64,000 nucleotides of DNA. Source: Phoronis australis (lineage: Eukaryota > Animalia > Phoronida). Location: assembly GCA_002633005.1 (NCBI GenBank), contig NMRA01000246.1, positions 13,240 through 77,239 on the forward strand, in the 5' to 3' direction. The notes beneath the pieces were generated by a model. That model was not told the origin of the DNA and did not search any database. It worked only from the letters and a program-made list of their open reading frames with translations. A program made the translations under genes and the position numbers. This document shows, in pieces, positions 50,301 through 64,000 of the stretch (its first letter is position 1; every line of letters starts with the position of its first letter).

Positions 50301-52414
50301 TTAAATTGTTTTTGAAGATAGCTTTAGTGTCATTAGTATCACAATGTGATGTTAGAAATTATGGTTTCAACAATTCAAGGCATTACGCGATGAACCCTTT
50401 ACCTTGCCCTTGCAACATTTTACCACACAGGTCGACTGGCTGTGCTTGCTGTACATACCTGAGATCTGACCAAACAGTTCACCTGACAAGCGGGAACACT
50501 TGTGCCAAATCTCATGCTCTCCATCTTGAATTAACTACGCAGCTTTTTCATGGTCGAGTATTTTTTGTTTGCGGCTTATTTAACCGTTACTAGCTGCAAG
50601 ATGTTTATAAACATAAAAATAACACCAGTTCAAATTCATTTGCAGGGCCCTTGTTCACCTGAGGGGAATGGTGCCTGTGTTGTCTAAGCTCTGTCTCAGA
50701 GCTAAAACTAACTTTTTGTGCTCTTTCAAATTGTCACCTGTGTGAGTTACTCATAAGTGATTCGAAACTCGAGTGGAAGTTTTCTGTCGCTTGAGGGGAG
50801 TTTTTCAGGGTAATGGGGCCCATTTTTGGCCCCAAAATCGAAGGATTGAGGAAACTGATTTGGTTTGTCTTCAAACAAGTCATTAACTCGTAAGCAGTTA
50901 ACTATGACCGTTTAAAAATGCTCCAAAATCAAACCGGGTTTTGCTCTAGTGCAGAGTGCCAAATTCTGAATATATACTTTCATGGGTTTCTCAGGAATGT
51001 TGGAAAATGTAAAGTTTGTGAAGAGATACTAGCACTGATAAACATGCCTTTAGTGAAAAAATGAACTTTTGATATAGACTTCTTACCTGTATAAAACTAG
51101 TCGTGATTTATTTGCTATTCTGATGAGAAGTGGGTTCATTACCATAATGGTTGAAACCATGTGTGGAACATAAAATGACTTCCATGGATAGCCTGAGCTA
51201 AGGCGTACAAACCTTGTGAGCAAAGAAAGTGTGATTATGTCCTTTGATTGCTTATAATGCATGGTAATGTCTTGTGTTTTCGTGACGTATTGTATTTATG
51301 ATAACCCTGGTCTGAAATAACTTGTAATTTAAGTTGAGATCAATTTCATATAAGTAGTCTAAATCAAGACTTTTCTAATGTAGGAATTGGGTTTATAGTA
51401 CCTTTGAGAGATTATATACTGATTTGTTAACGGCCTCAGTTTTCTGAGCTTGTTCTTGTTGTGATTACCTTTTCAAGTAAATGTCAGTAATTGATGGATG
51501 TGGTCTGGAAAACCTATTCGCTATGAATTGTCTTCTGCAGAGCCAAGCGGTGTTTGAAAATGGTCTAGAGAACGCCATGGTCTCATTTGATGGGCTTATT
51601 TAGTAAATTCCGTGAATCCTATTCACATTGTCCACCTGTGCTACCTCAGGAAGCGTTTATCAAATTACATAATAACAGGGGTAAGCAGTTTTTTGCCCAA
51701 ACGCTGATTCACGTTCATACTTTTTGTCTAATCCAACATGGCTTGATAGAAACTGAGTCATATAGGATTTGAAATGTGAACTGTTGCCTTTGTCATTTTG
51801 TTAAACTTGGGGATTGTCTAATTTAATTCTTTCGTGTGTCCATCTTGCAGGTGACTTGAAAATAAGTCTCTGTGTTTGTGACAGTTATGCTTCACTGTCT
51901 ACAGCAGCCACACATGAATTGCATAGTTGTATTTGTAGTTTTTATCAACTGAATACAACTACAATGCTGCGATCAATGATAATGCCCCAAAGCTATAGAT
52001 TTCCACAGGCTCCCTCATATAGAATAATACTGCCAGATTGTTTTGAATATTTGCATTGGGCCAGATAATGTTTAATTACCCGAGTCAATATGATATCTGT
52101 TCTATTGCTCATTGTGGATTATTGGTCTAGTCACATTAAACACCCTCGTTAACCAACCTTGATTTATTTCCAGCCAATTGTCCCTGTCATTGAGCTAATT
52201 ACCGCGCAAAGTGTTGTCTAAGGATGTGTGTTACAAGTTGGTATCTGATTTCACCGTAGTACAATATGTAAATAATAAAAATGGTACATAATAAAAATGG
52301 AATTGCAACATTTACTCCCATAAAATCGCTGGCACATTATTCCTTTTTTGATAGAACTCTATTTTTGTTTCTTTGGCAACTAGAACATCAAATAATCACT
52401 GACTCATGAGAAGA

Positions 52415-52511
52415 CTTCAAAGTTTATTGGAGTTAGCTAGCCTTAAAATTGCGAATTCAGAAAACCCTTCAAAGTTTATTGGCGGTTGCTAGCCTTAAAA
52501 TTGCGAATTCA
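52415..52511. repeat. Imperfect tandem duplication, 52-bp period
   Basis: cttcaaagtttattgg...gctagccttaaaattgcgaattca occurs twice. Confidence 0.9.
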
Positions 52512-53574
52512 AGATGATGCATGCTGGGCTGAGCTTGCAACTCTTGCTTTTACAGACATCCAAATTCTTTTGTGTTTCCTGCAAATTGATTTTACGACTA
52601 AAATAGCCTTGTTCAGGTTGGGGTACACTATGTTCTTTCGACAGATGTAATTGGTAAAATAGAACATTTTGGTGAAAATTTTACTTGCCAGTTAATGCTT
52701 GATCAGGTTTTGTTTCAAGTAATTTTGTTGTCATTTAGTTATAGTAAGTTGTAGCCTTGATTGTCAGTGGTGTTCATACTTCATATGCTGCTGATGCAAG
52801 ACATGTTTTAGTAAGGACACCTGGTGGCTATATCGTTATTCCAGATATTAAAATGAGGGTAGTTTGAGTTACCTGCAAAGTTTACCTGCAATTGCGTTGT
52901 GTCTGCATGTATGCGGGATGTCTGCACAAAGCATTTGATATCACTTCAGTTCTGGTGGCAGCGCTGTATGATGTCTGTAAAATCTGATGTACATAGTTGC
53001 TTTTTCATGCACTTGATGTTTATATTTCTCAGGTAACAGGTAACAGTTTCCTGGCCATCGGTTACCTGGGCGCTCTCATATCTTATGTGTTGAAGACATT
53101 TGGGTTCTTTCCCACCAATATCCCTCCAACTCATCTTGTGATGGAGAATGTGAATAATCCAGGTTAGGACTTGCTCTGAACCACATAACCCAGGCAGTAA
53201 TGAATTTCATGTTCATTTTCTAATCTAGATGGCAGTGTGTCCCAGTTGCATTTCATCACAATAAATCATATGCAGCTGTCCCGGGTAACAGCTTCATGTT
53301 ACTTTTGCGTAAATTAATCCGTTTTTGACTCCCACGTGCAGTTTTTTTAATAACAATCAGATTTGTTCATGATGGCGTTCTGTCTCTTGATCTAATTTGA
53401 GTTGATAATGAGAAAATGTATCCAACAGAATTAACTTAAACAGCATGTCTTGGGCAGTTCTGTTACTGTGCTCTCTGGTTTTTACCATTTATTTAGACTA
53501 TCACCCATGCAGGAGTGGGAAACATTGTTAATAATGTTTTACTTATTTTTCAAGTCCGTGGGAGAGAAATTGGC

Positions 53575-53678
53575 AATAGTCTGATATAACATGCCCGCAT
53601 TTTGAGAACCAGTTTGATGCCCGTTATTTAGTGGGGAAAACTGGTTCTCAAAATTGGGGCACGTTATATCAGACCATT
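53575..53678. repeat. Palindromic (hairpin) element in the Caskin intron
   Basis: aatagtctgatataacatgcccgcattttgagaaccagttt pairs with aaactggttctcaaaattggggcacgttatatcagaccatt. A weaker relative may lie at ~6686-6750. Confidence 0.85.
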
Positions 53679-56600
53679 ACAGAGAAATGCACAACCACTC
53701 ATTTTGTTTTGTGTTTCCATGATATGGTATATGCTCTAGTTGTTATCCTTCCATGAATAGCAGGCTTGTCTTAACTCTGTTAGGGCATAACTTTTAAATT
53801 CAGGATTCAGTTTTAGTACAAGCTAACACTACAGGTTCACACCAGTGACAAAATTGCTGGCAGTTTTTCAGTGGTGAAGGCACTAATGTTTTAGCCCTAC
53901 AGACAGCTGTAGGTGATGGGCATATTTTCACTGGCTGTTAATTGTTTCCCTCCACAGCTACTTTATGGTAATGTAGGACCTTATCAGCAATGCCCTGTAT
54001 TATGGAAAATGTCAAAAAATTACATGTGATCTAAGTAAAAGTATACGTTTTCTAAAAGAATTTTATTTTAGATTTTTCGCCCATCTGCCATTCATTGGGT
54101 CATGTGATCAGGTATTTTTAATAAACTTGAGCAAAAAGAACGGTGTAGTGATAGCAAAACTGTATCAATAAAACGACCAACTTTTATTTGGTATAGGTGT
54201 TCAACATGAAATGTCAACGCTGTTAACATTTTCTAAATTATCATTTCGCTTTTGTTTTATTCAGCTTCTGAGTTATTAGCACACATGTGTTCTTTGAAGC
54301 GACCTGTGTACATAAGTGGTAGCGTAACCGCCAGCTATTTTGGGTTAGTCTCTAGGAAAACGCCAGCAAAGTGACATTTGTAGCCGTTCACATGACAGGC
54401 ATTTTTGCCATTATCGAAAGTGCTAAGAAAAATGCTAGCCTTTTAGCCATTTTGTGGGTAAAGTGAAATTGCCAGCAAAGCGCCACCAAAACTGACCCCT
54501 GTAACCCTTTACATTACTTGTGTTTTTTCTCCTAGAAAAAGTGTCTTTTAGCCAGTAACTAAATGGGGCATAAGGGACAGAATAGTTATGCTAAATTTTG
54601 GTTATAGGCTTTAAACAAGAACTGTAACTGATATTTGTTTTAAGGTCACCAGCTGTGGTTGTGCTTCAAGTTTCAAAAGTTAGGTGCAAAATATGCTTGT
54701 GAAATAAAAATGTAACTTCGAAATTCAACCCCCGAAGTCTTCAACTAAGACAGAACCACCGTATTCAAGTTCTGTGCCAAAAAGATATGCTTGTGTTTTC
54801 TGTTAACCCAGCGAGTGCAAGAAGACCATCTTGAATAACAACTCCCTGAAGATGTTAGGTGTCTGTATGGTTAATCATATGAGAACATGGTTTCAATTTT
54901 CGTATTTTTGGAATATATTGTGAGGATTTTGAGGAGCCTTCATATTTGTGGAGAGTTTCTTGTGGCCTTGTCAGCGGTGCTGTCCTGGGCAATCTATGGA
55001 GTATACCAAGTTGCTAGGTGGGTACATATTTTAACAGTGATTGTTGTATAGAATTTTGTTTGAGTTTTATCAGGGTAATGTAAATAATTGTACTTTTATT
55101 AGGTGTTAAGTGACACACGCAGAGACAATTGACAATTCAATTTTTTCTATATCGTTTTTCATTTGTTTTCTAAGTGTCTAATTTCAGCTGTATTATCTGA
55201 ATGTTAGTTGAAGTGTTTGCTAACAGAATTTATTTATTTACGGTAACTGGTCTAGGTGCTTTAATTCAGAACAGGGGTTGGGCGTTAACCAGAGCATAGG
55301 CACTTTAAACAATTTTGAAAGTCTCCTTAAACCGGTCCCCTTTAAGAATCTTTCTGAAATTTGGTGTTTTTCTATGAACACCGCAACAGGTAATGACGAC
55401 ATATGAGAAGGTCTGACTACCGCTGCTCCTTCTTGTGGCAATTTTGACTTTTTTACATTAACTTCTGTTTGTTTGGAGCTCCTGGACATAATTTTGTATA
55501 TGAAATGTGGCATTTAGGTTTCTGTTAAGTAGACGACACCTTTATAGGATGAAACACATTCTGTACCACTGACCATTTTTATTATTTTTGAGTCTGTTTT
55601 GGCTTTGCCTCCCTCTCTATTTGCCAAATTGCTCAAAGAATCGTGAAGAAAATTTGCAAATATTTTCCTACTGACAGGGGCACAACTGACATTAATTGGT
55701 ACAGGTCTGACTACTCTGGCATCCTGTTAGTGGCTATTTTTGCATCCACAGCTGTGTCTCCTAAACTGGCCTTGCAGGATCTTTGTGAAATATGACAAGC
55801 ACATTCCTATTAACATGGGAACAGATGACAACTTCTCTCAGAGACATGGGCTGCTGCTGTGCCTCAGGGTGGCAATTGTATTTTTACATTTGCCTCTACA
55901 CCTTCGAAGTTCCTAGACACATTTTAATGAAATTTAGAAAGTAGGTTTCTATGCAGTAGACTACCGACTGGGCGTTCCCATTTTCCGACATATTCGGCGT
56001 ATTCTACACCATCTAGTGGCTGCTTTTGATACTAATAAACATCCTTAAAAGCATAGGGTTTGTGGTGCATTTCAAGGCATTGCTCTTGTAGTGTTACCGT
56101 AGTTGTAAGGTAAAGATTAGAATGTGAATGAGCTGAAAGAACCATTTCATTAAACTTAGTGGAAGACAACTTTAGTGTTCTCCAGGACCTGTTTTGACTT
56201 GTGTCAATAATGAGTCTGAATTCCGCCTTGGCGAGTTTGGCTTATTTGAGTCCAGCTTGGGAACCTACCTAACAAGTTTGAACTTTTCGAAGATTATATT
56301 TTTCTTAATCAGATTAGGACATTTTGGACTTTTGGCTCATGTCCAATGAATTCATATATCCCTAGACTTAACACAGTAACTCCCCCTAGTATAGGCATAG
56401 ACTTTGGAACATGTTTATTAGTTTTGTAATTCCCGTTGAGTTTGAACTTTTTTGAGACAGAGCACACTGCAATAAAACTTCTTTGATTTGGGCAAAAATA
56501 GTTGTTAAAATTGCCAATTTCCTGTTTCTCATTTTTGTAAATGGTGAAAATTTTACCTAATGTTGTTTGGAAACAACTGTCCCATACATTTTACCATTCT

Positions 56601-59600
56601 AAAAGCAAAGTAAAATTTCCTAAAATTTACTTTTGTTGAGAAATTCGTCATCAACCGAAGAATTTTTACCACTAGTGGTATTTCCCTCCAGAGTAAGGCA
56701 AAATTCCACTGAGTACGTTATTCAAAAGTAAGCGAGATGCATACTTTTTGGGAAGTTTAATACAGGCACCTTTAAGCAGGTCCTGGTCGTATAAACTGAG
56801 GGTGGGCAGTGAACCGAGCACAAATGCTTAACAGAGACAATTTTATAAATTTCATGGGAGGGCTGTAGGGTTAGCATGGCCACTAACCTGGAGGAATAGA
56901 TATGTAAGTGGTAATAGGTTTCGGGTTGAAATACTAGCGTTTTTGGTCTGCATGGGAACTCTGTTTTTGTTATGTTCCCAACCCACAGTGGCATTTGATC
57001 ATTGTTTTGATGACTCAATCCTTTTCGAACTCCCATTTAAAATGCATCATACTCAAAATTCCTATGGTACTGTTCTCACAGTCAACTGGTTAGATGGTTT
57101 TACTTTCAAAGTGCACCTGTCAGTTTCCCCCCTATAAATAGGTTGCCAAGAAACAACACAACAGTCCTTTGTTGTGTGAGAACTTCACTGAAAGCCTAAA
57201 TTTGTCATGATTAGAGACTGCATTCCACATAGACTGTTGGCTAAATCCATGTGTTTGCATTGAGTAATGTGGAATTTATATTCTAATATTTGACTTAAAT
57301 TTAGACAGTGTTTGTTTTAAAGTGTTAAATTTGTGTAAACATTGAGTTGACAAAAGGTAATTACATGTATCGGATTCCCTACAGCTGCACTTTGTAATCT
57401 TCGAAATATGCCAGGGTCCCAGATGTACTGTATGTTCACCTTCATCCTTAACAAGTCTCCCTGATGCTCTCAACTCTGTGACTAGGAATTTGAAGTAGCA
57501 TGATTATGAGATCATGTTTTTGCAGACTTGGAGCTTTATCGTTCAAAAGCATTTCGTGTGTTACATATTTCAAACTCAATTTACACGTCCAAAAATACAT
57601 CACCAACTTTTTACCTTTCAGTTTGCAAAAATCATGTTTGTCTGTCTCGTCTGACAGTTAGTGTGACTATCTGCAGAATTCTTGTACACCGTGGAATTTC
57701 TGCTTATGCAAATTTGTGTTCGCTAATTGGTTTACTTTTAATTAAACATCCCTGAGCATTGCCTGTCGAATGTAATCTTGACTTTTCAACTTATTTCAAG
57801 CACTCTTTGTTCTAAAATTTGCAGTATTTTTTCTGAGCGGTCTTCCTGTTTTATCGTTAAGTTGTAAGCCACAACCTAGGCTAAATCTTCAGTTATTTAA
57901 CACACAATATGGCGGACAAATGATTGTTTTGTCAAATTTCTCAGCAGTAGAGAGTTTAAGAAAATGTCATTCTAATTATTAGCTTGGTTTGCACTGTGCA
58001 GATGTCGTAAAACAACCTCTGAAAAAATTGAAAACTTGGTGTTTTGACAATTATTTTTGAGGAGATTACTTGTGTGAAAAATTACCATTTTATGGAATAC
58101 CAAATGGCTGACATTTGATGAACTGTTTTCACTAAACTTTGCGTGACTGTTTGCTTCCACTCAGGGTCTCTATACACACTAGTTAAAAATTGTCAGATTT
58201 GGGACAGTATCTAGAATTTTGGCCACTGAAACCATGGAAACAATTGAATTTCCTGATTTTGGAATTTGGGACAAGGTTGATTTTGGCGGTTACCAAATAT
58301 TCCTCAAATTTTGGACAATGTGCTTTCAATCTGGGGAAGTTGTAATTTTGCCGTTTTTCCAAGGATTCTTAAATTTGGGATGGCCAATATTGTCTATCTC
58401 TAGAATTTGGGGCAAACTCTGTCCTTGAGCAAAATAGTTACTTTTTGACTGTACAAAATTGGAAAATTTTGCCCTACTCCATTTGAGTTGTCCTAACATT
58501 TATCCATTCATGGCAAGTAGTGAAGAATGAAAGTGTGGAATAGGTTTGTCACTATTTCTAGACATAGTGAATTGAAAAAACATAAGAATGTGTACAAGAA
58601 AAGATTGGAAATCATGTGGTTGGCTAAGCTAATAAGGCACACATTGAATCAGTTACTGTAACTATTGATAGAAAATTGTATTAAGAAGCTATTGGTGTAA
58701 TTGGCTGTTGCTTCCATACATAAATGATCCGTTCTTCCATTTAATTGCTGATTGAGATCGCCTTTGCAAATCAGCTAAAGCGCTTTGCAATCTATAGGTG
58801 AACCTGCAAGGAAATTAAGTCAATTGAATATTATATTGATGTTCGCCTTATCTTTGACTTGCAGCTTGAATTATGTAGTCAACCATACAGCGAGTTCAAC
58901 CATCATCTTTACTAACATGTCTATCTAAAACAATTTTGTGTGCAGAGGTCCAGAGTCGGACACATCCAACAACAACCTTTTTTTCGTTCATGTGATCCTT
59001 TTTACTCTGTGGAGTTGTGACACAGATAGTTTTAAGATATTCACAATATTTCAACGTGCCAAAAATAGTTTTGCTTTTCTGTGATGGTTGGCTGTCTTTG
59101 AAGGGGTGATTTTTTACAGGCAAATATGTTCTGTGTGTTAATGGCTGACTAATGAGCTGTTTCCTTCTAGTTGATCATATCTTACCCTTACTATGCATCA
59201 AACGGTCATCATCTTAACCCTAGTTTAAGGTTTGGAAGACTGTTGTTCAAATTAGCACATTTTTTACCATTCTGTGAAAAGTTTAGGGTCATTACTGCAG
59301 TGTGAAGTTGCTGTAAATCGCACATTTTCTGCTTGTGAGCCTCCCAAACTTTCAGAGGTCTTACCTGCATAGATTCTATGATGAGAAACACCAGGTTTGT
59401 ATCATTGGTATTGCCTGTAAGGACTTAACAAACAATTCCACCGAGTAACAAAACACACTCAATATTTTCTAAACTATCTTCCAAGAAAACCTATTGTTAA
59501 GGACTCCAGTACTGACCAGTTAGTTGGTAACATAGTGCACTTAACAATAGTGTCAACTGTCAGTTATCATTGGCATGTTCCTCTGCATAACCCTAGTTAC

Positions 59601-60738
59601 AAAGTCTGTGGTGTTCTTTTGGGTCCAGCATTACGTATGTTGAGACAGCTGTGAATTATTCATTATCATAAACCTCTACTTAGCACATAGGAAACATTTT
59701 AAACATGTTATTGCCAAGTGATTCAAAACATTTGTGATCCTATGCACTGAGTGTTATCCCAGTGATGAAAGATTCCCTGTTGTCAAGACAACATGTCAGT
59801 AGTACAAGAAGTGAGTGATGAGTGTTGTCCATGTTGTTGGACTTCCTCTCTCATGAACCTCGCAAGCATTATAACTTTTAGGATTATTTTCTCCTGGATA
59901 TTGTTCTTTTCACTGAAGCTGTGTGAATTCAAAGGGATGAAACTTAGGTTTGTTATTTGGAAAAAATAACCCATGTCTGACTCAACTGCAGCTGTGTTGA
60001 TAGTTCAGCTAGAATAATTTCTGATAATTTTAAAAATTGTGTGCAAATGACCTGCTGGGTAATTTACTTTAAAAGTTGAAAAATTGATAGTGATAAAATC
60101 TCCAGTCTAAATAGACATGCTCAATTACCATAGTAACTTCTATCAAGTCAGCTGTGCCCATCACATTCCTAACAACCCTACTTAGGTGTAGGCTATTTTG
60201 CAATGGAGCTGCTGTTACTTAGGATGCAAAACTGCTCAGATATGATATACATCAGCTGATCCAGTTCTCCTGCAAGTTCCAAACCCTTGTGGTACATACA
60301 GGCTCTTGCAGTAACGCAACTAATTCTAGAGGGTTCCAGTACAGGTACTGCTAGGGGGCACAATCATCGCCTTGGTGACCAGTGGTTTATGGCTGGTAAA
60401 AATGTCAGTGAGGGCGATTAATGCTGCATGTGAATATATCTACTGTGCACAGTCTGCTGCAAAATTGCATATTGGGCCATGGCTATTTTGCACAATGTAT
60501 TGTTTCAACTGAGGTCCACCAAAATATTTTGTTATTCTGACTATATTAAATGTTCAGAATTGGCGGGCTGAGTAATATGCAAACATTATGCTTTCATGGA
60601 AATGTCGTCCTTAAAATTTCTTCAATCTTCACTAGAATCAAATTGTTTATACTGGTACCTTTTCAGAAAAGTGTTGCACAGTTGCAAATAATTCTCAGAA
60701 CAAGCTCAACTTGTGCCACAATTAATCCCTGTAACAAA

Positions 60739-60787
60739 CTGCGCCTTGGGAAATTCCGTGTTACAATCTGCGCCTTGGGAAATTCCA
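60739..60787. repeat. Short direct repeat (ctgcgccttgggaaattcc x2)
   Basis: Direct reading. Confidence 0.85.
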
Positions 60788-63519
60788 CTTGAACAGATAT
60801 GTCTATGCCATAGCATGTTGTTCTATGCTAGTTTGCACTGTGTGAAGTTGCCTTCCGAACAGGCCCTAAGTGAATTGTAAGTCACCCTTTGCTTATCCCA
60901 GACCATGTCTACCTATCTCCCCATGGACATGGTAATCGCGTTTACACAGGGATTAGACCATTACAGGTATGATATCTCATGTGAGGCTTATCAAACTGAC
61001 GACAGTTTCTCAGGAAGAATGAATAAATATCGCTCACCCACTTCTATTGGCCTGAGAGTCTATGACATCCACTGTTTGCGCTTGTCCTGAGTCTAGGTGT
61101 TTGGCATGGTTAAAACAATATGTATCTCTTTAGAATTTAAGATGTTGAACCTTGTCTGAAAAAGCGACATTTTTCACCATGTTTATTTCCGAAGTGCTTT
61201 TGTACACAATGCAAGACTTGACAGTGTCAAGCATCTGTAACATTGGCTTTGACCAAATACTTTAGTATTTTTCAAATCCCCTAAAATTTCCCCAAAAACT
61301 TTTTAGAAAGAAATTTCACTGCTGGAAATGAAGCAATTTGTTTTTATATACTCTGAAAGATAAGTTGGTGATTTTTTTGTATGCACTCGAATAGATTGTT
61401 TGGGCTGAGCACATGATGTAAACTGTGGAGTTGAACTGTTCATACCTGCTTTGGTAGTTAACAGCATCATTTGAAGTAAATGATTGGTGATTGAAGTAAT
61501 CACAATGTAGCTGATGCATAAGGTGGCTTTGGAGGTAGGCTGAGAAATGGCATTTTTGTCCTGTTAAGATTTTTTCAGAATGACAATTTGAGAACATTTA
61601 TGTATTTAACATGAAACTTGTTTCTAATTTGACTGCTCACTATTTTAGCTAAATAGTAGTGAAGACACTACCCTTCGTTGAAGACTGAGCAGTGTTCCCT
61701 GGTGATAACTTTGATGAGACTGAAGTTGACCATTTATACTGCGCTACCTGTTTACTGCGAAAATGACTGGTACTGTTAACTTCGATCCATGAGACCAGAA
61801 CCGAAGTTAACGGTTTATACTGATTGCAACTCCCCAAAACTTTGACGCGGCGATTTTAGTATGAAAGGACCTATAGTTACATTAAAAGAAAATACACATA
61901 CTAAACAATATTTTTGATATCATGCATAGTCGAACGAATGTTATCCAGTGAACAAAGGTTCCTGAAATGTTAGAGCCACACCCTGGTGATAACACAACAC
62001 TGTCTATTACATCCATTGCCAAAGGTTGCGTTCATCCTTGTGTGACTGGAAAAGGTTGAGTGATCAGTAACTTGTATTCAATGACACCTATACCCAGCTG
62101 AATGGTTAGATGCTTAACCATCATGAATAGAAGATATCAATGACTCATGGACATTTCTTTAAAGTACTTGGTGCTGTATATTTCCTACAAAGAAGTATTT
62201 CACATTTGTATGAATGGGATCCATTCGTCATATTTTTCTCATTTGAAAACTGTCGTGAGTCAATATGTAATTAGAACCCGTGTTTTCATCTTCGTGTAAA
62301 GCGTTGTACAGAAGGCCCTGTATTTCATATGTGGCTGTTTTTGTACAGATCTGCAAATGTTGACATCTTTGTACCATTCAATGTGTCTCTGTGTTTATCT
62401 TGATTCAAAGAACTGTACTTGCCCTGGTTGAAATAAAGCTATGTTTTGCTGGTGGGGGCTTCTGTCAGGTCAGTTCATAACTGGTGGTCTTAAGAATCAA
62501 GGTGACAGGTGCAGTTACACACTTGAAGTAATGAACAATATCTTTCAACAATCTCTTGATCAGATAACATTATCAGGACATGGTAGGCTTGTGGATAGAA
62601 AAAATGATCCTGGTATTTGCTGGAATTAACTGACTGTAAAGACCAGTTAAGCTATGCTTCTGGTGTAAGCAATCTACTCTAAAGTCTGACAAGACTTCAT
62701 TCACGTTTGAAGAAAAGCAGTCAGTCATAGGGGTCATGTGAACTGACCTTTATTCTTTCCAAGTTCCAGCAGGGCTGGTATCTCCATCCAATCTGGCATG
62801 CTGAATGTTATCAGTATCAATGGCTTTGAATCTATACAGTGATTATGTTTTTACTTTGAGAGCTATAACATATCCCAATCTGTGCGATAACTATAACTTC
62901 TGGTCAACATCCAGACCCCAGGCAACACATAAAGCTGTTCTGTGAGTACATTCAGCTGTAAGACTTCAAAGCAAGGAACACTTGCACTGATTTATTTGTG
63001 TGTACCTTAGTTTTTCTGTGTCCTAGTACCTGCAATATAGTGTTCCATGCATCGCATTGAACACAACTACCTGTCAAAAAGGCTTCCATTTGAGGAAAAA
63101 AGTATGTATCAGATTCTTAAGTTAACTAAAGACATATGTTATAGGGTAATTCTCTAATTATATGTCTCAAAAATAATTGCCAAAATGGTCATTTTCTATT
63201 TGGTCAAAGGCTGATTGCCTTTTTCGAAATGATGGAAGTATTAGCTAATATTGTTTTATGACATCTATACACTACAGTCCATGCTTGTAATAGATTAAAC
63301 TGTTCTTAACCTTTACTTTTGTGTAGAAATTTAACTAAAAAGAATTTCAATTGTTGGCCATATTTTGTGCCCTATTAATAATGAAGAACTAGAAAGTACA
63401 GATGGTGTGCGCAAGTGTCACCAACAAACATAGTGGAGGTTACCCCCTACACGTCCTTCATTCGTTCTCTTACTCTGAGATGGAGTTTTCTTACTAGTAA
63501 TCTGTTGGCTTTGTTGGTA

Positions 63520-64000
63520 CGGTAAAGTCGCGTGATTTTCGGACACTGAAAATTAATTCCAATAGAAAAAATTCATTCTTGGACGAATCTCGCGAAACAT
63601 CATTTCTGTGGTGTCCGAATTTGGCGGACCTCCAAATTTGGGTTTCCGCTAGTGTCCGAATTTCGTGAGTGTACATTATTTCGATGAGCGGTCGTAGTAT
63701 CAACATTGCTGGCTCGTTCATTTGATAGCAGTACAATTGCAGGTAAATGAGACTCAAATGGTCTGTGCGATTAATTTTTGAAAATCTGGCTTTCCCAATA
63801 AGAAATGTGCGCTGTCGACGCACAAGACCGTTCCCGACAAGTGTTGGTTCTTCTTTTCAAAGATGCGTTTTCTCAATATGAAATATTCGGCTTGCATTGC
63901 CGATGCTCAAAAACCGTTCTCGGCAAGTGACGGAATCTTTTCAAAACTGCGCTATCTCACTTGAAATATCGGGCTGCGTTGTGAAAAAAGAGTCTTCCTG
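63520..64000. mobile_element. Probable left part of a Tc1/mariner-pogo-type element running off the window
   Basis: Abrupt switch to CpG-rich sequence after TA|cggtaaag, with repeated subterminal motif ttcggacac / gtgtccgaa. Confidence 0.4.

Noticed and set aside
51118-51160. CTGATGAG...GAAA hammerhead-like boxes
   Set aside because: No pairing stems around the core.

Overview
AT-rich animal genomic DNA, probably from a marine invertebrate (inferred from the spliced genes and transposon families), from a draft assembly with three N-gaps. The first ~27 kb is mostly decayed transposons: a Gypsy integrase/LTR remnant, a possible Mutator-like transposase remnant, a Penelope-like RT/GIY-YIG remnant and a HERO-clade RLE non-LTR retrotransposon carrying two insertions. 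It also holds a four-layer nest whose third layer is a 3.27-kb element with 54-bp CAC...GTG TIRs and a perfect 5-bp TSD (the Transib/RAG-like signature), containing remnants of two apparently convergent spliced genes, one with C2H2 zinc fingers. Between 28 and 42 kb lie several compact + strand genes: an 82-aa orphan with a duplicated motif, a 235-aa acidic disordered ORF, an SPSB/Gustavus-like SPRY gene apparently lacking its SOCS box, and a candidate micro-exon gene for a secreted glycopeptide with a Kolobok element in its last intron. The first coding exon of a Caskin-like ankyrin gene is at 47.3 kb and the rest of the window appears to be its first intron. All calls come from reading the sequence by eye; no database searches were run.
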